A stretch of 64,000 nt of DNA from the NCBI GenBank assembly GCA_012026655.1, contig JAAILG010001594.1, forward strand, positions 1 through 64,000, written 5' to 3'. Made by a program: the position numbers and the translations under genes. This document shows, in pieces, positions 1-12,084 of the stretch; positions within the stretch are counted from its first letter, which is position 1, and every line of letters starts with the position of its first letter. Source of the stretch: Hydrolagus affinis (taxonomy: Eukaryota). Below the pieces are notes generated by a model. The model was not told the origin of the DNA, made no database searches, and was given only the letters and a program-made list of their open reading frames with translations.

Positions 1-1113
1 AATGCCAACGTGTTTTTTTGGAGGGTGGAGGGAATAGCCAGGACATGGGGAGAAATTCACTTCTCTAAATGTACTTTACTTTAAATTATTCATCCCCCAC
101 CCATACTCAGAAACTCTATATAATTCTGTTTCTTATTCATTCACCTTCTGTATATATTATATATATGAATTGCCATCAACCAAGGTGGGATGAGGAATGA
201 GCCTGGGGCCATATTGTTTGAAGACGTTTTCTCCTTCCTGCATAAGCCTCCAGTACCATATGATGTCTCTGCTCCACACTATGCTTTGTTCTGATTTTTC
301 TTGTATCTTTTTATTACTTTGTGATCGATGTTGGTGGCACGCTGTTCCATGCCAGGAATAAATTCTTCAATCAAATTCTTCACGTGTTTTATCCTGTTTA
401 ATACCTAAATCATTGGGTGTTCTTTTTTTAAAAAAATTGCTCCTTCACTGAGTTTGTACTGAATGTCTGGATTACAATTTGTTTCATTTGTCATATACAT
501 GGAATACTTGTTTTAGTTGAACTTTCATTCGAGTGTTGAGTTTCAAATTCAGCACCTCGTGTTGCCACAGCTTTTTAATAATACATATGACATGGGTTGC
601 TTATGATGTCCTCTGATGTTTCAGTTCAGACGGTTAGTTGTCTTATTTGAGCTACCACTCAAAACTCTCAAGACTATGATCCATTTGGCTCTGAGCATTC
701 AGCACATAAAGTTTTCGTTTTCTTTCAGTGCTAGAATGCTTCTAACTTTGTGTGTATTCGTATTTGCGATATTAACTCTGGTGCTGTGTCCGACAAAGAA
801 TAGAATTTACAATGTCCCTATCACCAATGTGAGTTGGGGAGGTCATGTTGTTCACCGGAACAAGATAGAAATAATATGTGCCTCGGAATGTCCTGACCTG
901 AAAGGCGCTATATAAATTAATTTGTTGTGTGTGTGTTTACTCTCATTTGGATAACTGTTCACTCGTTTGTGAAGAATGAGATAGACTGTATTGAAGGTGG
1001 TCAGTGAAATATTTTTTCTGACTGTCTGTATGGTGAGGATGCTCTTGTCTTCCTCTCTAGAATGCCATAACACTTTGATTTCTGTTATAAAGTTGTGTTG
1101 TATTTCTTTGCAG

Positions 1114-1177
1114 AAGGAATTCCCTGCCCAGCTGAATCTTCAGTGGTGCATATTAAATTGTTCTGTGTACACACTAA
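1114..1177 (+). CDS. EDC4: EDC4 coding exon (end of the WD40-proximal region, ...VVHIKLFCVHTK)
   Basis: Acceptor tttctttgcag and donor gtaagt. Translates (E)GIPCPAESSVVHIKLFCVHTK, matching human EDC4 'VLIKLFCVHTK'. Ends in phase 2, which fits the next exon. Confidence 0.9.
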
Positions 1178-2083
1178 GTAAGTACTAAAACAAGCCAAGA
1201 TATGCCTATAGTGGATTATTGAGACGCCTTTGGATTGCTGAATCATACTTTTTTTTGTACCTGCAATCTGCAATTCGTTGCATTTTTCTAGATCTAGATG
1301 ACATCTTGCTTCAACGAATATTAATTATTCAAGGCGCTGATCAATGTTTCAGCTTAAGACAGGCAAATTGCCTTGTTTGCTTTTGAAAGTTATTGCTTGA
1401 AATTCCATATGACCATATTCTGACCGAATGATGTGATTGGTTTGATGTGTACACATGTGCGCACTTTGATGCATTGCTCCTTTTTTTTTATTCATCTTTT
1501 CTCTACTCTTCAATTTTGCCATGTATTAAAATGAGCTTTCAGCAAGCTTAAAGCTCATCAATTACTTGAAATGACTAGTGGCAGGCTCAACCAGTTTCAA
1601 TTTCTATGTCATCCCTTTTCCCTTCTTAATCTTACGAGGATGTGGCAGAGTGTAGTATTTTGCTGTGAAGATTTTTCATTGCCACTTACCTGTCAAGCCT
1701 GAGCAAGATTGTATTTTCATCATGTTCTTGTGCTATATCAACTTCCTGATTATGTCAGACATTTTTTCCCAGGATCATTAATCTGAATTGTCCAGTGTGA
1801 CCATTTAGCCATAGGTTATTTGAGGAGCTGTTTTTCTTCTCCTGTCCAAATCCTTGGTTGGAGCACAATTAATATATTAATAATATAGTATTATCAATAA
1901 TAATAGATATGTTTTGTTATATATTTATCTAATAGAGTTCGAATAATTTTTCCCCAAAAAGGAATCGAATAATGCATGGAATCTCTGGTTGAGGAGTCAA
2001 ACGTGGGGACCATTTGGTGGGCTCCTATTATTTTAAGCACCAGAAGTTGGGAGTTTAAGCTGATTATTTGTTCTCAATTTCAG

Positions 2084-2175
2084 AGCACTTCAAGATGTGC
2101 AGATTTATTTTCAGCCACATCAAAATTCAGAGGAAACTTCATTAATGCCATCTTCTGCCTCCCACGAGGATTTCA
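2084..2175 (+). CDS. EDC4: EDC4 coding exon (ALQDVQIYFQP...HEDF)
   Basis: ttctcaatttcag / gtaagt boundaries. Matches human 'ALQDVQIRFQP...AHEDF'. Phases 2 and 1 are consistent. Confidence 0.93.
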
Positions 2176-2539
2176 GTAAGTTCATTGTGGTCTATTGTTT
2201 AAGAATTCAACAGGACCAAAACTTACACATTTTTGTTCTAGTTTTGGTCCAAGTGATTATTGTAACTCATTTCTGCAGTTGCCTGAAGTTTTCTCCTTTC
2301 CTATTCTGAATGCACTGCTTCATTCTTTTTCTTCTCCTAAGGTACATGTCTGCTATGTGAGCACCAGGCACTCTGGTATTTTGTCAAAGTGGCTATATTC
2401 ATATTTCACTGTGTGGGCCTTGAAGATGAGTGTTGGCCAGTTACATAACCAGAGAACACAGTTGACCTGATTCTTGACTCATTCAGTGTCTTCTAGCGGT
2501 CGATCACGTTCATGAATAACACTTTATGTTTTTCTGAAG

Positions 2540-2736
2540 CATTGATAGATCACTTGGCAGATGTGAGCATTGATGGGCTGGCCTCCGATAAAGGCTCCGG
2601 AAGAGGGTCTCAGCATGATCTTCTGCGGATAGGGGACCTTCCAACTCCCGCAGATTTCCTGTCGGTCTCTAATGATGCAAAGCCGAAGTTAATGACACCA
2701 GATGCTTTCATGACTCCAAGCGCCTCGCTTCAGCAG
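2540..2736 (+). CDS. EDC4: EDC4 coding exon (...PTPADFLSVSNDAKPKLMTPDAFMTPSASLQQ)
   Basis: Conserved KPKLMTPDAFMTPSASLQQ motif and donor CAG|gtcagc. The acceptor at 2539 is the most likely; in-frame AGs at 2548 and 2560 are alternatives. Confidence 0.9.
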
Positions 2737-3343
2737 GTCAGCATAGCTAACATTCCAGTGTCTTGAGTATACTCTCACGTTTATATTCTTAATATTGTCC
2801 AAAGTCCAAACGTTTGTTTTCCACTTAATGGCTTATCTCTGAGTGAGATTGTGCTGATTTTTTTGTATATTCATTGAGGCTCACTAAGGAGTGGGTTGAG
2901 ACCACTCAGACTTTCCATGGAAGTATCACCTGGGTCCCAAAGGTTAAAGAACAATGTGCTTGTTCTTACCTAACCTGCTGAGCCACCTAACATCATAATC
3001 CAATGTATGTGTGTGGCCTTGCTCAGTCAGCTATTCTGGGAAAGTTTCTTTGTTGGAAAATATTGAAATCCTTTTAATACTGAAATCTTTTCAATACAAT
3101 CCAACTTGTTATTTATAGTGCTGAAATCCAGCCAGTCAGTAGCTCCAATCCCCCTGGTGTACGTACATAAATGGGTTGTGTATTGGTAAACCGAATGTAA
3201 ATCGATGTTGTTGTAATTTCCTTGCTGGCAATTGTTTGTACCAGTGGAATTCCAAAATGAATTGACATTGTTCATAATGTCAGGGTGTGCACTGTCTGTT
3301 GTTGGTGTACTGGTAACTAAGATGTTTGTTTTACTGCTAACAG

Positions 3344-3432
3344 ATCTCTGCATCTCCAGGAAGCAATGTTAGTACTTTAACTGCGGTGACCGTAATGAGT
3401 AGCAGTTCTGTCAATGACATTGGAGCGTCAAG
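3344..3432 (+). CDS. EDC4: EDC4 coding exon (ISASPGSNVSTLTAVTVMSS..., Ser-rich linker)
   Basis: ctaacag acceptor and AG|gtaggc donor. Matches human 'ITASP...LTAVSAMSS'. Phases 0 and 2. Confidence 0.88.
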
Positions 3433-3559
3433 GTAGGCAAATGTAACTCTTAATTGGAACTGCTTCCGGCACTGCCAAGCGGGTTTCCTGTGCTTAAAAG
3501 GTTTTATATAGCCACTGACCTCATTCCCTGCATGCTTTGCTCAGGTAGCAGAGCATGCT

Positions 3560-3865
3560 GGAGCTCAGTGATTAGAGCACCCCGCCTTGCAAGCATGAGA
3601 CCTGTGTTCGAATCCAGGCAGGTCAGGGCAAAACCTTTGGCAAGTTTCCTTATTCCACACGCCTAATATTAATCCGTTCAAAAAAACAAACATAATAAAA
3701 TTGGTCATTTCAATTCAAGACTATTTGTGGGACACTGCTGTGCGCAATTAGCTGCTGCGTTTCGCCCACAAATATACAGTCAATTCACTTTACAGCATAT
3801 TCTGTGACGCGCCTTGAGACATAGATAAGATGTAAAAGCGCTATACCAAATGCAAGGATTATTAT
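3560..3865 (+). mobile_element. tRNA-derived SINE, near full length (dominant family in the window)
   Basis: A box (GCTCAGTGATTAGAGC), B box (GTTCGAATCC), Deu-like body GTGGGACACTGCTGTGCGCAATT and tail AAATGCAAGGATTATTAT. Many copies across the window. Confidence 0.9.
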
Positions 3866-4158
3866 GCTGAAATTGTCACATCCTGTGCTTTGGCAGGAAG
3901 GGTCACTTCACAAAAGAAGCAACGTCAGTGTTTTTTATATGGGAATTGAGATGGCCAAACTGGCCTCAAGCGTTTGTCCAAACCTTGGCAGCTATTTTAC
4001 TCAACAGTTCTGTGTTTAATATAATTGTCTCTCTATTCATGTGTCATTTTAAAAATCCTATTAAAGACATTAGCATTGTCTATATAAACTGTTCATACTA
4101 AAACTCGCACAGTGAATCACAGTGCTTTGTGCTGCGGATGTTGATCGCTGTTTTCCGA

Positions 4159-4172
4159 CCAGTAGATGGCAG
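4159..4172 (+). promoter_or_regulatory. CTCF core motif match in an EDC4 intron
   Basis: CCAGTAGATGGCAG fits the consensus CCASYAGRKGGCRS at every position, in a locally CpG-containing non-repeat patch. Confidence 0.45.
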
Positions 4173-4495
4173 AATCCTTTCACTGTCGACAGCTTGTAGA
4201 AATGAATACTGACTTATTCCGCACTAGCAGGAGTGAGCATCGGGTGTTTTAAAGTTGTGCAGCTGGTATTAGAAATTAAAAAGTCTGTTTAATAGTGAAA
4301 TGTTTACTCAGTATTTGTACAATTTGTTCATATTTTGGAAAAATATAGTATAAGTAAAGTCTTATTGGCCTGGTTTAGCGCTGTGCAGTTCCCTACAGTT
4401 TTATTTTAAGATTTGGGATATTTGTTCTAACCGATGAGTACTATATGTTGACTTTATGCTACACTCCATTTCTCTTTAGCTTATAAATCTACATA

Positions 4496-4885
4496 AGGGG
4501 CAGCCTGGCTCAGTTGGTAACACTTTTGCCTTTTGAGCTAGAGGTTGGGGCTTTGAAATCACAAACTTGGGCTGACAATCCAATACAGTGTTTGAGGAGC
4601 GTTGTGCAGTCAGAGATGCCGTTTTTGAGACATTAAACCAAGGTTCCATCTGCATGTTCAAGTGGATGTTAAAGATCCAATGACACCCAATAGAAATGGG
4701 GAAAGAGTTTCTTCCCCGTGTCCTGGCCAGTCATCCTCCAGATCAAAAACATAAATTGGTCATTTACGTCATGGCTGTTTGTCATGGATATTGCTGTGTG
4801 CAAATTAGTTGTCACATTAAAATACAGTCACTAGACTTCACAGTGAATCTGGTGAAGCGCTTTGAGACACTTTGCATGTGAAAAT
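4496..4885 (+). mobile_element. Older SacSINE1/DeuSINE-like SINE
   Basis: tRNA-like head followed by GAGACATTAAACCAAGG...GTGGATGTTAAAGATCC...CCCCGTGTCCTGGCCA...GCTGTTTG, matching the recalled Deu-domain consensus. Confidence 0.75.
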
Positions 4886-5078
4886 TCAGATTTAGTGAAC
4901 AAACACCTCTAATTGGTTTTACTTGTATTGTAATTCTGTATCAGGGCATTGCGATGTGAGTTATCGTACACAATAAAAAGCCATTAACCAGTTTAAAATC
5001 TTCATTGATGTTGGCATGGTCCCCAGCGCAATCTTTGATGCCTTTAATTTTTTTTGAATTTTTTATTCTCTCTCTTAG

Positions 5079-5235
5079 GCCCAATGATGACCTGTGCCTC
5101 AGTCCAAAAATGTCATTGGACAGCGTGACCCTCAGTAGTAGCAGCGCCAGCAACAGTGTGCAGGCGAGTCCCAGGAATAACTCTGTGCAGCTTATCCCAA
5201 GCATCTCTGATCAACTGTCTGCAAAACCTCTCCAG
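5079..5235 (+). CDS. EDC4: EDC4 coding exon (RPNDDLCLSPKMSLD...QASPR...KPLQ)
   Basis: Polypyrimidine tract ending in ttag, CAG|gtactg donor. Matches human 'RPPEELTLSPKLQLDG...QASPR'. Confidence 0.9.
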
Positions 5236-5499
5236 GTACTGCAAATAACGCTTATTTTATTTTTAAAAATGGGACATTGACATTTGTAGAAAAAACAACA
5301 ACTTGCATTTGCATAGTCTCCTTCAAGCGGGGTAGAATCTTGGGGCTATGGAGGTTTGGACACTGCTTTGCGCAAAAATACACGGAATATATTGTAAATA
5401 TTCTTTGTGATTATGATTCTGTTTAATAGTGTTTCTTGTTGAATTTGAGTAATGTTTTCTAAAGTATTCCCCCCTCCCCCACCCCATATTGTTTTGCAG

Positions 5500-5960
5500 G
5501 TTACTGGCACCCCTAATTCCTCTCTTCCTTTGGAACTGCAGTCTGTGGACGCCCTCTGTGTGCCTCAGAGCTCCCCAACACGGGAGCGTTCCCCCGACGT
5601 GATCTCCTCCGCCTCTACAGCAATGTCACAGGACATTCCCGAAATTGCCTCCGAGACTCTTCAGCGCGCGTTTATAAGCTCTGTGCTGTCATCCGAGATC
5701 CTGGAGCCGTCCCACCCCACGGATAGCATGGCCTCAGCTGCCTCAGCTTTGCACCTTCTGTCCCCAAGGAGCAGACCCAACTCGGAACACAGCCAGCACT
5801 CGCTGGATATGGCTCAGGTGGACGTTGAGCATCTGAATACTCCATCGCTGCTAGAAACTGCTTTGTCTCAGGAGAACGCAGCAGCAGAAAGCATGGGGAG
5901 TCAACCGTGGCCAGCCGCCCCTGACATTACCAGGGAAACTCGTAACAGCATCAACGAGGG
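5500..5960 (+). CDS. EDC4: EDC4 coding exon (RSPDVISSASTAMSQDIPEIASE...APDITRET)
   Basis: Near-identical to the human motifs RSPDVISSASTA.SQDIPEIASE, DSMASAASALHLLSPR and WP.APDITRET. Boundaries ttttgcag / GG|gtaatg. Confidence 0.95.
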
Positions 5961-7181
5961 GTAATGTAGTATATCCTGTAATATAATGGGTGCTGTAAAA
6001 CTCACATAAATCTGACCTGTCTAACAACAACAACAAATTAGATTTGTATAGCGCCTTTCAGGTCAGGGGGACATCTCAAGGTGCTGGTTATAAATTGTAG
6101 AATCACCTAAGTTGTACATCTGCCCAAGTCCCGATCAAGAGTTTAAATTCTGTGCAAGTTTGACATAATTCATTCTTTGCACAACTCATACTAAATGGAT
6201 GGTGCCATACGACTTATGTGAGGTTTACTGTATTCAATCAGATTTTAACTGTGATGTTAATCTTGTCTATTTTTCATTTTCTCCCTCTTCCACTCATTCA
6301 TTTAGAGGAGAGCTGGGACAGCAATTGTTTCCAGACTTTTTTTATTTTCTTCCTGAAAAGAGCCATCTAGCCTCTGCTTTTTTCAGCCCTGGGGAACAGT
6401 GAACTTATCATGTGGGAATTCAGGAATACAAATAACTGTGTAGAAGTGTTTTCTCCTCTTACCAACCCTGCAGAGGAGGTGATATTGGGGAAACTCATGA
6501 ATCATTAGTCGGGAAAGCATTAGAAATTCTGTGCAAAGGAGGTGAAGATACAATTTATATTGTGTTGCTTTAAGCTGCATCATATCTTAGGAGCTTCCCA
6601 ACTCCTGCTCAGATTGAAGCTGTCAGGTACATCAGTTGATGGCAACACTGCTGATTCATCAGTTTCAGCCACGCCTGAATGCTTGCAAGCCAAACCCAGG
6701 TTAGAATCACACAAGGGTAGAATCCCAGGCAAGCAACTAAGGACCGTTAAAGTCGCTTTTTATCCACAGAAAAAAACAAATCTGAGTAATTGTTAGGCTT
6801 TTCCAGGGTATATTTTCTGTGTTTTTTTTTAAAAGTAGTAAATTGCTATCAAATCTGCAAGTAAATTTGTTATAGATGTTTCTCATCCCCGCTTGTATAC
6901 TCTGCGTGACTTACTGTGTGAGTGTGTATGTTGTGTCCCACCACCACAATTTATTTCTGAATCTCTTAACTGTCTATATATTTCTATGACATTTTCTATC
7001 TCAAACCCTACACTACACAACAGTGTTTTCACTCTTTTAAAACATCCAGATATGCATGTGCATGACAGGGTTGCTGCAGATCAGTGATTTGATTTATGTC
7101 TTAAATCAAGACATTTTACTGTCGGTCAACTAAATAATTTGGCCACCACTGCTATGGACGTTTACATAGTTTCCTGGTAAC

Positions 7182-7250
7182 CATACACACAGCCTCTTGC
7201 ATACACACAGCCTCCCAAGCCTCCATGCGCACAGCCTCGTGCATACATAC
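7182..7250. repeat. Degenerate ~18-bp minisatellite
   Basis: CATACACACAGCCTC(TTG) repeated 3-4 times with variation. Confidence 0.65.
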
Positions 7251-7464
7251 AACTGAATTCACACATCTCTGCAGAACTAGTTTCAGGAATTTAATATACA
7301 GACTTGCTTTTTGGTACTTTTTTGGAACACTATTGTAAGTTTGGTGATGTTGAATTCTGCAGCTATCCCATGGGGAGGTAGGAGGGATGATACCCACGTG
7401 AGAGTTAGCGTTTTATTTCTGAGCCTCAAGCAAACGATTCACGCGATTCCTTTCTACTTTTCAG

Positions 7465-7566
7465 CTTGAGGGATGATATGAAGGAGAAGCATAAGAGTTC
7501 AGCCTTCCAAAGACACACATACCAGTTGCATCAGCATGACAGCCAGGATGCCAGCGCTGAACCCAG
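7465..7566 (+). CDS. EDC4: EDC4 coding exon (KEKHKSSAF...DSQDASAEP)
   Basis: cttttcag / AG|gtaatg boundaries. Matches human 'QEKHKSLAF...DSQDASAEQ'. Confidence 0.92.
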
Positions 7567-7952
7567 GTAATGCAAGCACAACTGGTTGTGGGACATTGCT
7601 GTGAGGCTGCTACAATTTGCCCACAAAATGTACAGACAATTCACTTTATGATGTATTCTATGAAGTGCTTTGAGACGTCTAGAAGACACCATAAGGCCCT
7701 ATATCAAATGCAATAATAATATGAATAAATTGGTGACTGAGCCCTGGAAAACTGATCTGCCAATTGACTGACAACTGGGTTCCTACTTACTGCTAGGTAA
7801 ACAAAAGTGTGGAGTAAGGAAATATGCCCAATGTCTCGCCCTGCCGGGAATTTAACCCATGTCCTCTCGCTTGCGAGGCGAGTGCTTCAACCAACCACTA
7901 AGCTATAGGGTTGTGTTTTAACGTACCTTCCAATGATTTTTTTTGTTTGCAG

Positions 7953-8105
7953 TGATCACGATGATGAAGTTGCGAGCCTTGCCTCCACACCAGGCAGCTT
8001 TGGCTCCAAATCTTCCGCTCATCAACTACCAGTCAAAGACTGGAAATCCAAAATGTCTCCTCGGGCTTCTCCCAAGTTAAAGAGGAAGAGCAAAAAAGAG
8101 GACGG
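7953..8105 (+). CDS. EDC4: EDC4 coding exon (SDHDDEVASLAS...SPKLKRKSKKEDG)
   Basis: Conserved DHDDEVASLAS and basic SPKLKRKSKK motifs. Boundaries tttgcag / GG|gtagga. Confidence 0.95.
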
Positions 8106-9479
8106 GTAGGAATCCTTCTTATCTTCACCCAATTAAAATGTGGCTGCAAGAGATGTAGCCTGGCATTCGTTAGTTCATTTCACGTCCTCCCGATGTGAAA
8201 GGCGCTATACAAATGTAATTATGTTGTTGCTGTGTTGTTCATTCTAAATTAAATCATGTTTTCATTCCAAGAAGTGAAACCTACACTGATTGAATGTTGA
8301 GTTAGTGGAGCTTGCCATCGATCCTGTCAGAATTTAACTACATATTTCTACTTCTCTGATAATTTCTACTTTCAATATAAACTGTTAAAATCTAAAAATA
8401 AGCCAATTGACGAACATTTGGTTGGGTTTCAACAGACTTTGTGCTTTGTGGAAAGGTAAACCCTGACATTCATTCAGATTTCAAGCAAAATCCACGTAGT
8501 CTCCTGTACATGTTTTTCATTCTATTGGGTCTCCAAAAGTATCTTTCAATTTGTTATCTAGTCTTCAGTGTGTAAGATTCATATAATGTTTTTCACTTAA
8601 CAGTTAAATGTGCCTGGCAATTGATCTCTCTTTGTTGAGAATTGGTGAAAGTTTATCCTCAGCTACAATAAACTTTATGATATATTCTGGTGAATTGGGT
8701 TGCCATGCAAGTCAAATGTTTACCATTAAGTGTAGAATTGCTTCTCTCTCTATCGGTGGTGAACCTCGAGGGCCAAGGGATAAATAATAGTCTTGATTCC
8801 TCGTATAACAAGGCAAATGTTCAATCCAAAATTGAACTGATGGATAAGTGCAATAATGCATATAGAATTGATACTTTGCAATTCTATGTGATGTTTTGAG
8901 GAGAAACGTACCATTGCTAAATTAAGTGGTGGCTTTTGTGCAGTTTATATCCAGTTATTGTTGAATTCAGAGTTGGAACAAATTTCATTAAATCTGTTTT
9001 AAATTTCATCAGTACGCTGTACTTCTGGTGCTTTATATTTCTGAATTTGTGTAAGAATATTGATTTTTTGTTTTGATTCAATGAAACGTTTTACAAAAAT
9101 TGGGTATTTTGTCATTTGGAAATTCAAAATGTTATTCACCTAACCTGGATTTGTTGCTATACTGGTAATTGGTATTTCCAATTAATGGTAATCAGTATTT
9201 TTTGAGACCCATTGCATATTGCTATAGTGCTTGAAAGTCTGCGTGGAATTAAATGGACCGAAATAAATAAATAAACAAATAAATAAAACCATTTGATGTA
9301 ATGGGGTAGACGGACACAGTCCTTCGCCGTTGCAGGGAAATACAGGGTCTTAATATAATGATCGATCCTGTGCCATGAAAAAAATAGGCTCCAACTTCGA
9401 TTGATTTATGTTATGTGTACATCATTTTGATATGACTTAAATTAAATTTGAAATAAAAACCTTGCCTTTTTTTTTATAG

Positions 9480-9513
9480 GGAGGCCACACAATCGCCTAA
9501 GTCAGACAAACAG
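9480..9513 (+). CDS. EDC4: EDC4 34-nt coding exon (GEATQSPKSDKQ)
   Basis: Long T tract ending in atag, CAG|gttagt donor. Needed to restore phase (2 to 0) between the flanking exons. Positionally equivalent to human 'GDAAMGSRLTEHQ'. Confidence 0.8.
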
Positions 9514-10417
9514 GTTAGTGTGAGTGTATGTGTTTATTTATGTGTGTTTATATACAGTATATATATGTATGGTTGGAATTGAAGCATTTTAAAACAAAAA
9601 AAACTCACTCAAAACACTAGCAATTGTTCTTGCCGCAGATGGAAGGGTCAAAGTAAAGGATCAAACTTGCACCAATCTTTCTCTTATATTTCGTAGTCCC
9701 CCACACTGAATTATTAATACAATAACAGACGTTTAAATAGAATCTCCACATATGTTTATTTAAAAAACACCTGACCTTGTACTTGTTTCGGTGTATTGGC
9801 AGGTTAAAGCTGAAGCATACTGTAATTAGATCTCTTTTGTGGTCAGACACCTGCCGTTTACATTGTATAATTAATACTGCTTACATTGAGTTGTAGCTGG
9901 AACACTAAGATATGTAAACTGGACCCAGAACAGTTTTAGTTGTGGAAATTAGCCTTGAAAACCTAAAATTAGTTACATGTGAAAACTCTGCTCCTGTTCT
10001 CTCTTTCCCCTTTTCCCAAACAAAATGAACACATGCCAAATATATTGAGTTGAACATACAATGCTCACATAATATTTCTCAGTCGACGGAAACACTTGTG
10101 TGTGGATCTCTAGGTAGGACGGTCTTTATAGTGTAGGCTGCAGAATGGGGAGACGCTCACAATCAGTGGTTTAAAATTGTACAATTGGTGATCGGAGTAT
10201 GGAAGAATGGTCTTTATCCGTATTCTTTGTTTCCCCCATCCATACTCAAAAGTTGTTGGGTGGGGGTGAAGGAATACGATCTAAGCCTCCTGCTACAGAG
10301 TTGAATTAAAGCCTGCCACCATAGGTGCATGTCAATTCAAACCACTGGTCCGAGAAGTTTTAAGTGGTTTCATGTTAATGTAATTGAACACGAGTGTTTC
10401 AGCACGAATTCCATGTA

Positions 10418-11715
10418 CAGTAGAAGCCCGTTTATCCGTGACTCGATGAACCGGCACTTCCGTATATCCAGCACGCCAAAAAAAGTCCCCATTTGATAAA
10501 CCGAAACTTATCCGGAACAATAGTGATGGAACATTTGTAAATGCAGAAATACAGTAAAAGCCTGTTTATCCGTGACCCCATCAACCGTAACTTACGTATC
10601 ACCGGCACCTCAAAAAAAAGGTCCACATTCGATAAACCGGAATTTATCTGGAAAAATGCATTTTTTGGGTGTTTTGTGTTGCGTCAGTATTTTGGAATGC
10701 TGCTGCTATGGTGGCGCTAGCTCAGAATGTTGCCGGTACTGTAAAACAATACCCATCTCTGGAGTGTACTCTTTGAGAGAGGCAGAGGGTGAATTGATTA
10801 ATTTAGATTTAATTTAGCCACAAAATAGCAAAACACACACACACACACACACACAGGCATCGCAAGGCTTTTTGGAAAGAAAGTTAACTGAACAGTGACA
10901 GCGGCGGCTGTTTTCTCAATAACACATTTGCTTTCCTCTCATCTGCCCCCAATGAGAACAGTGTCATTCAGACGTGTAACTTTTGCACTAGTTTATAGAT
11001 CTCTGTGAACTGCCTGGTTGCTGTGTGTAAAAGGATTATTATTATTTATGTTATTATATAAATGATTATTTTGTCTATTATTAATATGCTATGTTTTAAA
11101 AAATGTAATTTTAAAAAAAGATTAAAATAATTTTTTGTGTTGGGTTTTCGGCCGAATATCCGGCAGGCGCATTGGCCAGCTCCTGAGGATGCAAGATAAA
11201 CGGCTTTTACTGTAATAATGTAAAAACAGAATATTGTATTTGTACTTATTGTTAAAACTACTCTCTTGCACTTCTCACCCTTGCTGGTAGATGCTGCGCT
11301 TGAAGCCATGATACTGCACTTGAGGTTTATAGTCCAGCGATTCTTTTTAAAATGGAGCACGCCAAGCGGGTGAAAAAAACGGAGCGCGACTTTAAAGCCA
11401 TAGCAGCGGCAAGCTGATAACGCTAGCCGATAACCCACATTGTCACAGGGCTTTTTCACCCGCTTGGCGTCTTCCATTTTAAAAAGAATTGCTGGACTAT
11501 AAACCTCAACCAGTAAAGGTGAGAAGAGAGTAGTTTTAACAATAAGTACCAATTCAATATTCTGTTATTATTTAGTCTGGTGTGTATGGTGTGTTTTAAA
11601 AGAACTTTAATTTTTTTGTGGTGGGTTTTCGGCCGCGGGACGCCAGAATATCCGGCAAGCGCTTTAACCGGCATTGGCCAGGTCCCACGGGTGCCGGATA
11701 AATGGGCTTTTACTG
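10418..11715. mobile_element. Non-autonomous Tigger/pogo-like DNA transposon (outer copy)
   Basis: Ends TA|CAGTAGAAGCCCGTTTATCCG and CGGATAAATGGGCTTTTACTG|TA are terminal inverted repeats starting with CAGT, with a TA target duplication. Confidence 0.85.
10552..11212. mobile_element. Related Tigger-like MITE nested inside the outer copy
   Basis: Ends TA|CAGTAAAAGCCTGTTTATCCG and GATAAACGGCTTTTACTG|TA. Subterminal sequences resemble those of the outer element. Contains a (CA)n tract at about 10833-10854. Confidence 0.8.
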
Positions 11716-12084
11716 TAGTTTAGCAATCACGTGTTCCTCATTTTAGTTTTTTTGTAATTGGGTGTTTCTGTGTGTGTTTCTTTTTAATCAAGAATTTTAT
11801 TCTGTTACAAAAATACTAGTAAATGAATGGGGGAAAGACGCCATAAATAGGCAGTCTGTTTGTACATGGAACAATAAATTTTGGTGATCTTAATGTCCTT
11901 GTTCTTTCTAGTCCAGTGCATGTCTGGGTTCATTTTTATATTTGGTTTGGTCACACAACAAACCCACCCAGTTGAGCTCCCTATTCTCCAGCACATACTG
12001 TAAAGCCTTGTTGCTGTTTCTGTCCAGAGATCCTAAAGCATGCCTCTGTATACAATACTGATCTGAGTATTCTGATAACTGGAC

